A stretch of DNA of 64,000 nt from Akkermansia sp. Its GTDB lineage: Bacteria; Verrucomicrobiota; Verrucomicrobiia; Verrucomicrobiales; Akkermansiaceae. Within the stretch, counting starts at the first letter, position 1, and each line of letters begins with the position of its first letter. Positions 47,417 through 56,243 of this stretch are shown here, one piece after another. Position numbers and translations under genes: made by a program. A model generated the notes under the pieces. It was not told the DNA's origin. It saw only the letters and a list, made by a program, of their open reading frames with translations, and searched no databases. The stretch lies in NCBI GenBank assembly GCA_045592685.1, contig JAZNVF010000086.1, positions 31,014 through 95,013 on the forward strand. The letters run 5' to 3'.

Positions 47417-47429
47417 AATTCACCATCTG

Positions 47430-47942
47430 TCAACCGTGCACAATCTGCACCGAGGTCACACAGCCCTCGCCCAAAGTTGCATTGAGAGCGCGAATGATGG
47501 AGTTTTTCTGGCGCATGAGTTCGAAGCGCACAGCCGGGTGGGAGGTGCGGATTCTGGCCTGCTTGCGGGCAATGGAAAGCAGCTCTGCCTTGGTGGCCAG
47601 AAAGGGTCCGACCGCGCGCTGCCAGGCTTCGGCCAGCACTTCGGGAGCATGCTCAGCCATGGAGATATCCATCTTGCTGATGATGGAAGCAAGCACGGAT
47701 TCCATGCTGCGAGTGTTCGAGGCGGGGTTAAGCAGCGGCTCCACGCCGAAAAAGTCAGCCAGGGCCTGACCGCTCTCACGCTCGGCACGGGTGCTGTTGC
47801 GCACCGGGCGCACAGAACCATCGGCAAAGGTCTCCTCGTGGTACAGCGTGGCAGATTCCCTGCGAGAGGTGTGCGGCACATCGGGAGCCGGCACCGGTTC
47901 AACCGGTACCGCCTTGCGTATTCTGCGACGAGGAGCGGCCAT
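47430..47942 (-). CDS. DUF721 (DciA-like) protein
   Basis: C-terminal AWQRAVGPFLA...ARIRTSHPAVRFELMRQKNSIIRALNATLGEGCVTSVQIV fits the DUF721 pattern. Start at 47942 (MAAPRRR) or 47987. Confidence 0.55.
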   Translation of the reverse strand: MAAPRRRIRKAVPVEPVPAPDVPHTSRRESATLYHEETFADGSVRPVRNSTRAERESGQALADFFGVEPLLNPASNTRSMESVLASIISKMDISMAEHAPEVLAEAWQRAVGPFLATKAELLSIARKQARIRTSHPAVRFELMRQKNSIIRALNATLGEGCVTSVQIVHG

Positions 47943-48074
47943 GACAACAGAGAAACAGTCAGGTTTTGGCAGAAATGAAACCGGCAACGGACCACCGGCA
48001 GCAAAAAGGGTTCCGGCGTTCGTGGCGCCGGAACCGATTAGTTGATAAAGAGAATCGGGATTTCCCGGTGCGGG

Positions 48075-48308
48075 TTACTCACCGTCGTCACCGATGGAAT
48101 CGACGGGGCAGCCGTCCTTAGCCTCGGTGCAGAGAGCAATTTCGTCGTCGGTCTCGGGCTGCTTGCAGACGTAAGATACGCCCTCGTCTTCATCAGCGGC
48201 GAAGAAATCGCCTGCTACCTCGCGGCACAGTCCGCAGTCGATGCAGTTGCTGTCGACGTAGAACTTACCGGGAACATTCTTTTCGTTTTTGGAGTCAATA
48301 TCGGCCAT
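48075..48308 (-). CDS. Small ferredoxin (single Fe-S cluster)
   Basis: 77 aa. CIDCGLC followed by GCPV. Acidic. Confidence 0.85.
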   Translation of the reverse strand: MADIDSKNEKNVPGKFYVDSNCIDCGLCREVAGDFFAADEDEGVSYVCKQPETDDEIALCTEAKDGCPVDSIGDDGE

Positions 48309-48376
48309 AATGTGTACGGGGCTTGGTTACCCGCCCCTATTTTTACCATTTTTCGCGGGATTGCAATCTTTTTTTA

Positions 48377-48405
48377 TTGCAACGGAGCAATTTTCGGTAC
48401 AAAAT
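48377..48405 (+). promoter_or_regulatory. Putative promoter (leaderless geometry)
   Basis: TTGCAA (48377-48382), N17, CAAAAT (48400-48405), N6, ATG 48412. A second palindromic TTGCAA lies at 48361-48366. Confidence 0.45.
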
Positions 48406-48411
48406 GTGCGC

Positions 48412-49008
48412 ATGCAAGCGCAGAAAGCCAAAATATGGTGGGGAATCGTCAAAAAAGTCGGGGTAAAGAACCTGATTTGGATGACTCTGTTCAGCGGTCT
48501 GGTGGTCATGGTGCTCGGAGCAGTGTTCTACACCTATCGACATATACCGGTGGCTCACTGGAGAGAATACGGCTCAGAGCTACCCATCAAAGGGCTCGGC
48601 ATAGAAATAACAGATTTAGAAGCTACGTGGAAAAGCTCTGCGGGCAATTCCCGACTCGAACTACGCACAGCATACTACCCCGAGGTCAGGCTTACGCTGG
48701 GGAATTCCACCGGCAGCGGTATAATTATCCTGCGCTTTATCGATTCACGGCGAATTGAAAAGGGCACCCCGATCATGCTGCGCTACAGCGACGGAGGGTT
48801 TCAGACGATTAATGACCTCGATAGGAAGGCCGAGGGCAAAAACGCCATGGTTCTGCTGGAGCGAGGGTTCACCAACCCGCACGATTACCGCCTGCACCAG
48901 CTCACCGAAGAAGAGCCGCTGTGGCGAGTGCAGATTTTTCAGCGACCGGCGGACAGAAATGAGACCTTTTTTCTTTCCGAACGCACCATATCACCCACAG
49001 CAGAATAA
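48412..49008 (+). CDS. Hypothetical single-pass membrane protein upstream of lnt
   Basis: Starts MQAQKAKIWWGIVKKVG, followed by TM LIWMTLFSGLVVMVLGAVFY and a soluble domain of about 150 aa. Its stop is 3 nt before the lnt ATG. Confidence 0.6.
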   Translation: MQAQKAKIWWGIVKKVGVKNLIWMTLFSGLVVMVLGAVFYTYRHIPVAHWREYGSELPIKGLGIEITDLEATWKSSAGNSRLELRTAYYPEVRLTLGNSTGSGIIILRFIDSRRIEKGTPIMLRYSDGGFQTINDLDRKAEGKNAMVLLERGFTNPHDYRLHQLTEEEPLWRVQIFQRPADRNETFFLSERTISPTAE

Positions 49009-49011
49009 ATT

Positions 49012-50958
49012 ATGAAAAAAAGATTACAGCAGTATACCGAGCAGCCCGAGCAGATGCGAGACAGCAAGTGGTGGCACTGGTTGCTCTGTCCGGCAGGTGG
49101 CGTGGTGATGGCACTGGCATTCCTGCCCTATGATTACTCACAGCTGGTATGGGTAGCGCTGCTCCCCCTGTTCTACGTGTTGTGGAGTGGCCCGCGCAAG
49201 TGGTGGCGCGCTTTCCGTCTGGGGTGGCTCTACGGCATGGGTTATTACTGCACCACGTTCTCATGGATAACCGAGGTCGGACATACCTTCAACATACCGG
49301 CACCGGTATTTCTGGCAATCGCCTTTGTGCCGCTTATGGCTGTATACTCTTGCCTGATTGGAGCATGGGCGGCTCTTGCAGCTACCCTGCTGCGGCCCCG
49401 CTTATCCCCCGGACCGGTAACAACCGACATGAATGTCCAGGAACGCAAAGCTGCCTGGCGCCACTGGGCCTGGCAGGATATGGCCACAACCCTGCGCTCT
49501 GCTGTCGGCTGTGCCGCACTGTGGGTTTGTATCGAGTGGCTGAGAGCAAACGGCACCCTGGGGTTCAGCTGGAACAGTCTCGGCATGGCTCTTTACAACG
49601 GACTGGCTCTCGCTCAGTGGGCAGAGTTCGTCGGCACGGCAGCCCTGTCGTTCCTGCCGGTATTCACCACGGCAATCATCTATTGCGCTCTACGCCGCTG
49701 CGTGCTGCACTTCAAGGGAGCGGGGCGTGCCGGGCGCCCGTGGGATTTTTACGCAACAGTCGCTCTGCTCTTCATCCTCATCTCCGTCGGGCTGACCTTC
49801 AGCAGACAGAACTCACCCCTGAGCCTCAATAAGCGCGAAAACACACTGCAACTGCCTGTCATGGCTCTGCAAATCAACAAGGACCAGAGTGACCACATCG
49901 CCGAAACAATGTACGCTACGCGCTCGCAGAGAATTGAGAACGGCATCTCCCAATACGGGGTCTATCTGCGCTCTACCATGGCGGCTTTCAACGAAATTCA
50001 ACAGGAAACCGCCCGCCGGGCCATGCAACACCCCGAGTACGGGTTCGTGCAAAAACTGCCCGTGTGGGTCGTATGGCCGGAAAGTGCCATGGGGCTGCCC
50101 ATCTGGCGCGACACACGGAACGGCGAACTCTACCAAGCCCCTGTCGACCCGTACACCAAGGGCGTATTCTTCGGAGAAGAAGGTCTGCCGATGATTCGCA
50201 AACTGGTGCAGGAGATGGGGGGCAGCAGTTTCACCCTCTTCACCGGGGTGGATGAAGTACTGCTCACCCCCACTGACGAGTACCTGGTGCCAAGCGGTAC
50301 CTACAACTCCATGGCCTGCATTACCGGCGATTTTGACAGCATACACACCGTGGCAAAGCAGCACCTCATGCCCTTCGGCGAGTACCTGCCGCTCGTGGAA
50401 TCCGTCAAGTGGATTGGTGACCTGTACTCCGAAATCACCGGAACTCAGGTGGGTGAAGGTATACGCCCCGGCAAGGGGGATGCCCCCATCGAGCTGCAAC
50501 TCCCCGGCAGCGGTGAAAAAATAGGGGTCATACCCGCCATCTGCTACGAAGATACGGTGGGTGCCCTGCTCACTAAGTACGTGCGCAAGGGGCCGCAGGT
50601 CATCGTGAACGTGAGCAACGATGCCTGGTTCCGAAATTCCGTCTGCGGAGCCCAGCAGGCACGCAACGCCGCCTTCCGCTGTATCGAACTTCGCCGCCCC
50701 ATGGTACGCTCGGCCAACAGAGGCGTATGCTGTGCCATTGCACCAAACGGAGCATTCATCGATGCCCTGTTGAAAGCCGATGGCACACCACACCTGGCCG
50801 GTTACAGTTATGCCGTACTGCCGGTGGATCGCAATGCCGGGTTCACGCTGTATGCCATGCTGGGCGACTGGGCCGTGGTTGGTTGCCTGCTGCTGGTCAT
50901 CCTGACCTCAGTGCCGGCCATTGCTGCGCGACGCTCTGCGCTAGCCGCCAAGGCGTGA
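49012..50958 (+). CDS. lnt: Apolipoprotein N-acyltransferase
   Basis: 648 aa. Polytopic N-terminus, CN-hydrolase motifs WPES, LMPFGEYLP and ICYED, and a C-terminal TM. Longer than the roughly 510-aa E. coli form. Confidence 0.88.
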   Translation: MKKRLQQYTEQPEQMRDSKWWHWLLCPAGGVVMALAFLPYDYSQLVWVALLPLFYVLWSGPRKWWRAFRLGWLYGMGYYCTTFSWITEVGHTFNIPAPVFLAIAFVPLMAVYSCLIGAWAALAATLLRPRLSPGPVTTDMNVQERKAAWRHWAWQDMATTLRSAVGCAALWVCIEWLRANGTLGFSWNSLGMALYNGLALAQWAEFVGTAALSFLPVFTTAIIYCALRRCVLHFKGAGRAGRPWDFYATVALLFILISVGLTFSRQNSPLSLNKRENTLQLPVMALQINKDQSDHIAETMYATRSQRIENGISQYGVYLRSTMAAFNEIQQETARRAMQHPEYGFVQKLPVWVVWPESAMGLPIWRDTRNGELYQAPVDPYTKGVFFGEEGLPMIRKLVQEMGGSSFTLFTGVDEVLLTPTDEYLVPSGTYNSMACITGDFDSIHTVAKQHLMPFGEYLPLVESVKWIGDLYSEITGTQVGEGIRPGKGDAPIELQLPGSGEKIGVIPAICYEDTVGALLTKYVRKGPQVIVNVSNDAWFRNSVCGAQQARNAAFRCIELRRPMVRSANRGVCCAIAPNGAFIDALLKADGTPHLAGYSYAVLPVDRNAGFTLYAMLGDWAVVGCLLLVILTSVPAIAARRSALAAKA

Positions 50959-51015
50959 CCGCAGATGGGTCGTGAATACCACCCCCGAACGCCGGGAGCC
51001 CGGCTACAGGCAGCT

Positions 51016-52254
51016 CTATCGCTTTGATGTTTCAGGAATATCATCCCAGCAAGTGGTATATGCGGGGGATACGAATTTGCGGTGACAGGGTTCGGTGGTA
51101 CCGCGATTGGCAAAGTGAATGTTGAGCCCGGCCTGCTGCAAGCGGTCGAGCACAGCCATGAGCTTGCTGGGGGCTACATGCGGGTGGTCAAAGGTGGGCT
51201 GCACCTCATCCGCTTTTTCCAGGGAGGTCAGTAACACACCGACTTTCTTGTATTCAAACCCCGGGCGATACAGGTTCTCCAGCAGAGCGGCGGCGTGCAG
51301 CGTGAGCACGCGTGTATCATCCGTAGGGCATGGCAAAGACACCCCCTGATTAGCGGCGTAAAGTTCCTGCTCATCTCGGTAGCGAGAAGTTCGCAGCAGT
51401 ACGTACAGGGCGCTGGTCATCATGCCCTCTTGCCGCAATATGCGCCCGGCTTTTTCCACAAATCGGCAGAGTGAGTCACGCAGAGTCGGCAGCTCACGCA
51501 CGCCTTCGCGCAGGGAGCGCGACACCATAATCTGCTGCCTTACAGGCGGTTCCTCGACATCAAGACACGAAGTACCATTCAGTTCAAGCGCCAGTCGCTC
51601 TCCATGCACGCCAAAATGCTTGCGCAGGTAGTGCAGACCGCTTGCGGCCAGACCGGCGGCCGTGCGAATACCCAGGGCATGCATGCGCGGGGCAAGTTTG
51701 CGCCCCACGCCCCAGATGTCGCCCACGGGTGTTTCTGCCAGCAGGGGGTACCACTGTTCCGGGGTACAGAGTGCCAGCACGCCGTCATATCGGGGGTGGT
51801 GCTTGGCTGTTTCATTTGCCAGTTTGCAGAGGGTTCGAGTGGGGGCTATGCCCACGCTTACCGTCACACCGGTACCTCGGCGTATGGTGGAGCGCAACTC
51901 GCGGCAGAAGGGTTCCCAATCGCGGGTGTCGTCCACACGGGCAAAGGCCTCATCTATACTGTACTGCTGTACCGAGGGCAAAGCCTCTTCCAGCAACAGC
52001 ATGATGCGGTCGGAAAGGTCTGCATAGAGCGGGAAATTGGCTGAGCAAACGACGGCATTCGCCGCTTTCAGGCGATCTCGACAGTTGAAATAAGGCTCGC
52101 CCATGGCTATGCCGAGCGTCTTTGCCTCGGCACTGCGGGAGATGACACAGCCATCGTTATTCGACAGAACCACGAGCGGGCGCCGCCGCCAATCGGGGCG
52201 GAACACCTGCTCGCAGCTTGCAAAGAAGTTGTTACAGTCGAATAGCAGATACAC
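51016..52254 (-). CDS. Y-family DNA polymerase, UmuC-like
   Basis: MYLLFDCNNFFASCEQVFRPD...VVLSNNDGCVISRS is the UmuC-type N-terminus. 412 aa. Confidence 0.85.
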   Translation of the reverse strand: MYLLFDCNNFFASCEQVFRPDWRRRPLVVLSNNDGCVISRSAEAKTLGIAMGEPYFNCRDRLKAANAVVCSANFPLYADLSDRIMLLLEEALPSVQQYSIDEAFARVDDTRDWEPFCRELRSTIRRGTGVTVSVGIAPTRTLCKLANETAKHHPRYDGVLALCTPEQWYPLLAETPVGDIWGVGRKLAPRMHALGIRTAAGLAASGLHYLRKHFGVHGERLALELNGTSCLDVEEPPVRQQIMVSRSLREGVRELPTLRDSLCRFVEKAGRILRQEGMMTSALYVLLRTSRYRDEQELYAANQGVSLPCPTDDTRVLTLHAAALLENLYRPGFEYKKVGVLLTSLEKADEVQPTFDHPHVAPSKLMAVLDRLQQAGLNIHFANRGTTEPCHRKFVSPAYTTCWDDIPETSKR

Positions 52255-52259
52255 GGCAC

Positions 52260-53726
52260 TCAGAGTCCGAGCTTCGCCATGAGAATCTCGGTAACGAGCT
52301 TGGGGTTGGGCCTGGGGTTGCTGTTCTTCATCACCTGCCCGGTGAGGGCGTTGATAAGCTTCATATTACCACCCTTCACCAGTGCCACCTTGTCAGGGTT
52401 ATCGGCTATCACCTTGTCGACAAGAGACTCCAGAGCGCCGCTGTCGGCTTTCTTGTACCCCAGGCTCGCAGCGGCAGCGGCAGCTGTCTGTTCAGGGGCA
52501 TTCCAAAGCACTTCGAGCACCTCGCGGGCCTGACTGACGGAGCAGATACCCTCTTCCACCACATCCACCAGGCCGGCAAGGGCAACAGGCGGCACGGGGC
52601 AGCTCTCAATCTCGCTCTCTTTTTCCGCAAGTACGGAGGGGAAGATGTTGATGAGCCAGTTTGCTACCTTGCGCGGGGCTTTCGTAGCGGCGGCTGCGGT
52701 TTCGAAATAGGTGCAGAGCGCGGCATCTGCCACTAGGGCGTTGGCATCCGCCACAGGCAGGCCATAGCTGTTCATCAGGCGCTGCTGGCGGGCATCAGGC
52801 AGTTCCGGTAGCTCGGCCTGCATCTTTTCCACATACTCAGCAGTATGCACGGGGATGAGGTCGGGGCACGTATGGTAGCGGTAGTCGTGCGCGTTCTCCT
52901 TGGTGCGCATCACAATGCTTTCTCCCAGGTCATCATCCCAGCGGCGGGTGGACTGTACCTGAGCAATACCACGATCAAGTTCCTCTGCCTGACGATTTAT
53001 CTCATAGACGAGGGCGCGGCGGGCAGCGGACATGGAGTTGATATTCTTCATCTCTATCTTGGCACCAAGCTCCTTCTGACCTTTCGGGCGCAGAGAGACG
53101 TTCACATCACAGCGCATCTGCCCCTTCTCCATGTCGGCATCCGATATCCCACCGCAGATGAGAATCTGCTGCAGGCTCTTGAGGTAGGCGTAGGTTTCCT
53201 CCGGGCTGGTGAGATCGGGGGCGGACACTATCTCCATGAGCGGGGTGCCGCCACGGTTATAGTCCACCAGCGAATACGAACCGTAGTGAGTGAGCTTGGC
53301 GGCATCCTCCTCCAGGTGAATGTGGTCTAGTTTGACGGTACGAACAACTGCCCCCTCAGCCTTCACCTTGCTGTCAGCGGGGTATGCCCAGGAATACAGG
53401 GGCACTTCACCGCCGATACAAAGCGGCAGGTCGAGCTGACTGGTCTGGTAATTTTTCGGCATGTCGGCGTAAAAGTAGTTCTTGCGGTCCCACTTGGATA
53501 CAGGGGGCATGCTGCAGCCGAGCATCAGGCCGGTGAGCACAGTACGCTCGATGGCAAACTTGTTGAGCACGGGCAGAGCGCCGGGCATACCCAGGCAGGT
53601 GGGGCATACATTGGTATTCGGCTCATAGCCGAAACCGGCCTTGCAGGAGCAGAACATCTTTGTGGCGGTCTTAATCTGGCAGTGAACTTCCAGGCCGATA
53701 GTTACCAGGTAATCAGAAACAGGCAT
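52260..53726 (-). CDS. gatB: Asp/Glu-tRNA amidotransferase subunit B
   Basis: Contains IGLEVHCQ and the CDVNVS pattern. 488 aa with a C-terminal YqeY-like tail. Confidence 0.95.
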   Translation of the reverse strand: MPVSDYLVTIGLEVHCQIKTATKMFCSCKAGFGYEPNTNVCPTCLGMPGALPVLNKFAIERTVLTGLMLGCSMPPVSKWDRKNYFYADMPKNYQTSQLDLPLCIGGEVPLYSWAYPADSKVKAEGAVVRTVKLDHIHLEEDAAKLTHYGSYSLVDYNRGGTPLMEIVSAPDLTSPEETYAYLKSLQQILICGGISDADMEKGQMRCDVNVSLRPKGQKELGAKIEMKNINSMSAARRALVYEINRQAEELDRGIAQVQSTRRWDDDLGESIVMRTKENAHDYRYHTCPDLIPVHTAEYVEKMQAELPELPDARQQRLMNSYGLPVADANALVADAALCTYFETAAAATKAPRKVANWLINIFPSVLAEKESEIESCPVPPVALAGLVDVVEEGICSVSQAREVLEVLWNAPEQTAAAAAASLGYKKADSGALESLVDKVIADNPDKVALVKGGNMKLINALTGQVMKNSNPRPNPKLVTEILMAKLGL

Positions 53727-53755
53727 TGTTATAAACGGAGGATTAGGTAATGACG

Positions 53756-54685
53756 TTAATTTGAAGTTGTTGCATTCTCGTGCAGAGCCTCATCGAGATC
53801 CGTGCGGAAAGAGGCATCGAACACATCCTCAAACCACACACTGTGCGCACCGCCCAGATTTTCATACACGCGGTCCAGGATATCCGAGAAATTATCATAC
53901 GCGGTCTCATCGTAACCGGGCAGAGCCACAATCCGCACCAGTTCCGAGCGAATCGCCCAGAGCAGCGGTTCTACGGGCGCGTAGGCCTCTCGGGCAGAGC
54001 GCAGCGCAGCAGGGGAAAACTGGCGGTCGGCGAGTTCCTTTTTCGGTTGCAGAGACTCCAGTCGCGAGGCAAGGGCCCGGAGCGATGCTATAGCCTGATT
54101 GGCCGAGGTGATATCCTGCACCCCTTGCAGCGCTACCAGCAGCGCTCGATCCGGCTCTGCCAGACGGCGAAAACGTGCAATCTCCAGGCGCGCCTCTTTC
54201 TCTGAAAGCGGGGGGCGGGGTTCGGTCAGTTCTTCCGCCACGTCTTCACCCACCACGCCGGCCTGAACCGCACGGCGAAATTGCCTGATGAGCTGGGACG
54301 AACCATAGCAATTAACCCGGCAAAGGCTCTCGAACTCCATACTCAGGTCTTCCAAAGCCTCGGCGATACGGTAGTGCAGCATATCAAGAGCTTCGAGGTC
54401 CTGCCCCATGTTCTCGTCTCCCTGCAACATTTTACCGACAGTCTCCATCTCACTTATTAAACGCTCGAAACGCGGAGCGGCGGCATCTGCCCCCTTGCGG
54501 TCCGCCACTGCAGAAAGCAGGAACCACATCTCATTGGTCACGCGCAAGAGCTCCTGACCGGGGCTCCCCTGTAAGGCGGTCTGCGGGCGCGGAGCAGGTG
54601 CAGCCACACAGACCTGCGCCCCGGCGGGGACATTCAGCCCCAGCAGGATGGCAGCACCGACATTGATGAGAGGGAACTTCATCAT
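53756..54685 (-). CDS. Hypothetical secreted all-helical protein (paralog of 37445-38218)
   Basis: Signal peptide MMKFPLINVGAAILLGLNVPAGAQ. Motifs LLSAVADRKGADAA, CRVNCYGSSQL and LQGVQDITSANQA. Confidence 0.65.
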   Translation of the reverse strand: MMKFPLINVGAAILLGLNVPAGAQVCVAAPAPRPQTALQGSPGQELLRVTNEMWFLLSAVADRKGADAAAPRFERLISEMETVGKMLQGDENMGQDLEALDMLHYRIAEALEDLSMEFESLCRVNCYGSSQLIRQFRRAVQAGVVGEDVAEELTEPRPPLSEKEARLEIARFRRLAEPDRALLVALQGVQDITSANQAIASLRALASRLESLQPKKELADRQFSPAALRSAREAYAPVEPLLWAIRSELVRIVALPGYDETAYDNFSDILDRVYENLGGAHSVWFEDVFDASFRTDLDEALHENATTSN

Positions 54686-54692
54686 CGCGGGT

Positions 54693-54720
54693 ATTATACT
54701 CTATCTGCCCAAATTGACAA
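54693..54720 (-). promoter_or_regulatory. Putative promoter (leaderless geometry)
   Basis: On the - strand: TTGTCA (54720-54715), N16, TATAAT (54698-54693), N7, ATG 54685. Confidence 0.55.
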
Positions 54721-54781
54721 GCCGCAATTTTGGCAACTAAAAAAAAATGCGTACTCTGAGGCATACCGACATGATTTTAGC

Positions 54782-54810
54782 TTGTCATGGGAGCCGAGTT
54801 GAGCTAGAAT
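54782..54810 (+). promoter_or_regulatory. Putative trpB promoter
   Basis: TTGTCA (54782-54787), N17, TAGAAT (54805-54810). ATG 54837 lies 26 nt downstream. Confidence 0.5.
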
Positions 54811-54836
54811 GCCCGCACTGTCAATATTTTCAGGTC

Positions 54837-56054
54837 ATGGATTTCAGAACATATCTCCGGCACCACCCGGACAAGAACGGTTTTTATGGTCGATTCGGCG
54901 GCGCATACCTGCCCGCTGAACTTGAACCCGCTTTCAAGGAAATCACCGAGGCATACAACAGCATCTGCCACTCGGCTCAGTTCATCAACGAACTGCGCCG
55001 CATCCGCAAACAGTTTCAAGGGCGCCCCACGCCGGTTTACCACTGCGAGCGACTCTCCCGCCTCAACGGTGGTGCCCAGATTTACCTGAAGCGAGAAGAC
55101 CTGAACCACACCGGTGCACACAAGCTCAACCACTGCATGGGCGAAGGTCTGCTGGCCAAGTTCATGGGCAAGAAAAAAATCATCGCCGAAACCGGCGCCG
55201 GTCAGCACGGTGTGGCTCTGGCCACAGCCGCCGCCTACTTCGGCCTGGAGTGTGAAATCCACATGGGCGAGGTCGACATCGCCAAACAGGCACCGAACGT
55301 CACACGCATGAAGATGCTGGGTGCCAACGTGGTATGCGTAAAACACGGACTCAGAACGCTGAAAGAGGCCGTGGATTCTGCTTTCGAGGCCTACCAGCGC
55401 GATTACAAGACAGCTATCTACTGCATCGGCTCTGTACTGGGGCCGCACCCCTTCCCCATGATGGTGCGTGATTTCCAGATGGTGGTAGGAGCCGAGGCCC
55501 GCGAGCAGTTCCTCGAAATGACCGGTATTCTGCCAGATGTAGTGTGCGCCTGTGTAGGCGGCGGCTCGAACGCAATGGGTATGTTCCCGGCATTCCTCGA
55601 TGACCCGGTGGACATCTACGGCATTGAACCCATGGGCAAGAGCGAAAAGCTCGGCGACCATGCGGCCTCCATGAAATATGGCGAAGAGGGTATCATGCAC
55701 GGCTTCAACAGCATCATGCTCAAGGGTGAAGACAATGAACCCGCCCCCGTCTACTCCATCGCCAGCGGACTCGATTACCCCTCCGTCGGCCCGGAGCACG
55801 CCTACCTGCGCGACATCGGTCGCGTGCAGTACGACGGCGTATCGGACGAAGAGGCGGTAGACGCTTTCTTCAAACTCAGCCGCTACGAGGGTATCATCCC
55901 TGCGCTGGAAAGCTCTCACGCAGTAGCATTCGCCATGCGCAAAGCCCGAGAAATGGGTACGGGTGCCATTCTGGCCAATTGCTCCGGCCGTGGTGACAAA
56001 GACGTGGACTACATTGCCGAGCACTACGGCTACGGCGAACAGTACAAGTTCTGA
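54837..56054 (+). CDS. trpB: Tryptophan synthase beta chain (TrpB1-like), stand-alone
   Basis: Contains [21 protein letters not shown] (PLP Lys), [17 protein letters not shown] and SGRGDKD. The start is set by the promoter position. Confidence 0.9.
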   Translation: MDFRTYLRHHPDKNGFYGRFGGAYLPAELEPAFKEITEAYNSICHSAQFINELRRIRKQFQGRPTPVYHCERLSRLNGGAQIYLKREDLNHTGAHKLNHCMGEGLLAKFMGKKKIIAETGAGQHGVALATAAAYFGLECEIHMGEVDIAKQAPNVTRMKMLGANVVCVKHGLRTLKEAVDSAFEAYQRDYKTAIYCIGSVLGPHPFPMMVRDFQMVVGAEAREQFLEMTGILPDVVCACVGGGSNAMGMFPAFLDDPVDIYGIEPMGKSEKLGDHAASMKYGEEGIMHGFNSIMLKGEDNEPAPVYSIASGLDYPSVGPEHAYLRDIGRVQYDGVSDEEAVDAFFKLSRYEGIIPALESSHAVAFAMRKAREMGTGAILANCSGRGDKDVDYIAEHYGYGEQYKF

Positions 56055-56088
56055 TACCCCCCTCACCCCGGATACATCCAGCTCCCCC

Positions 56089-56125
56089 CCCCTACACGAG
56101 AGAATCGTGCAGGGGGTGCTTCTTT
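56089..56125 (+). terminator. Probable trpB terminator
   Basis: Interrupted stem cccct-a-cacga / tcgtg-c-agggg with a 5-nt loop, then gtgcttcttt. Confidence 0.5.
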
Positions 56126-56171
56126 CCGCACACCGCAGAAGTTGCACTCAGCGAACAAACGCAGTGTGTGC

Positions 56172-56216
56172 GAAAAATTACCGAGCCCCGGTCCGGCAGG
56201 CAGACAGGGGCTCGGT
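56172..56216 (-). terminator. Probable mrp/apbC terminator
   Basis: 10-bp stem accgagcccc (56180-56189) / ggggctcggt (56207-56216). The - strand tail reads aattttt. Confidence 0.6.
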
Positions 56217-56243
56217 TCAAATGAAAAAACAAGCACGGGGGAA

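Noticed and set aside
47456-48004. 182-aa alternative - strand frame overlapping the DUF721 call.
   Set aside because: The 47430-47987 frame contains the DUF721-like C-terminal pattern. The alternative frame is Arg/Pro/Cys-rich with no motif.
54747-54836. 30-codon N-terminal extension of trpB containing CPHC.
   Set aside because: The TTGTCA-N17-TAGAAT promoter lies inside this extension. TrpB homology starts right after ATG 54837.
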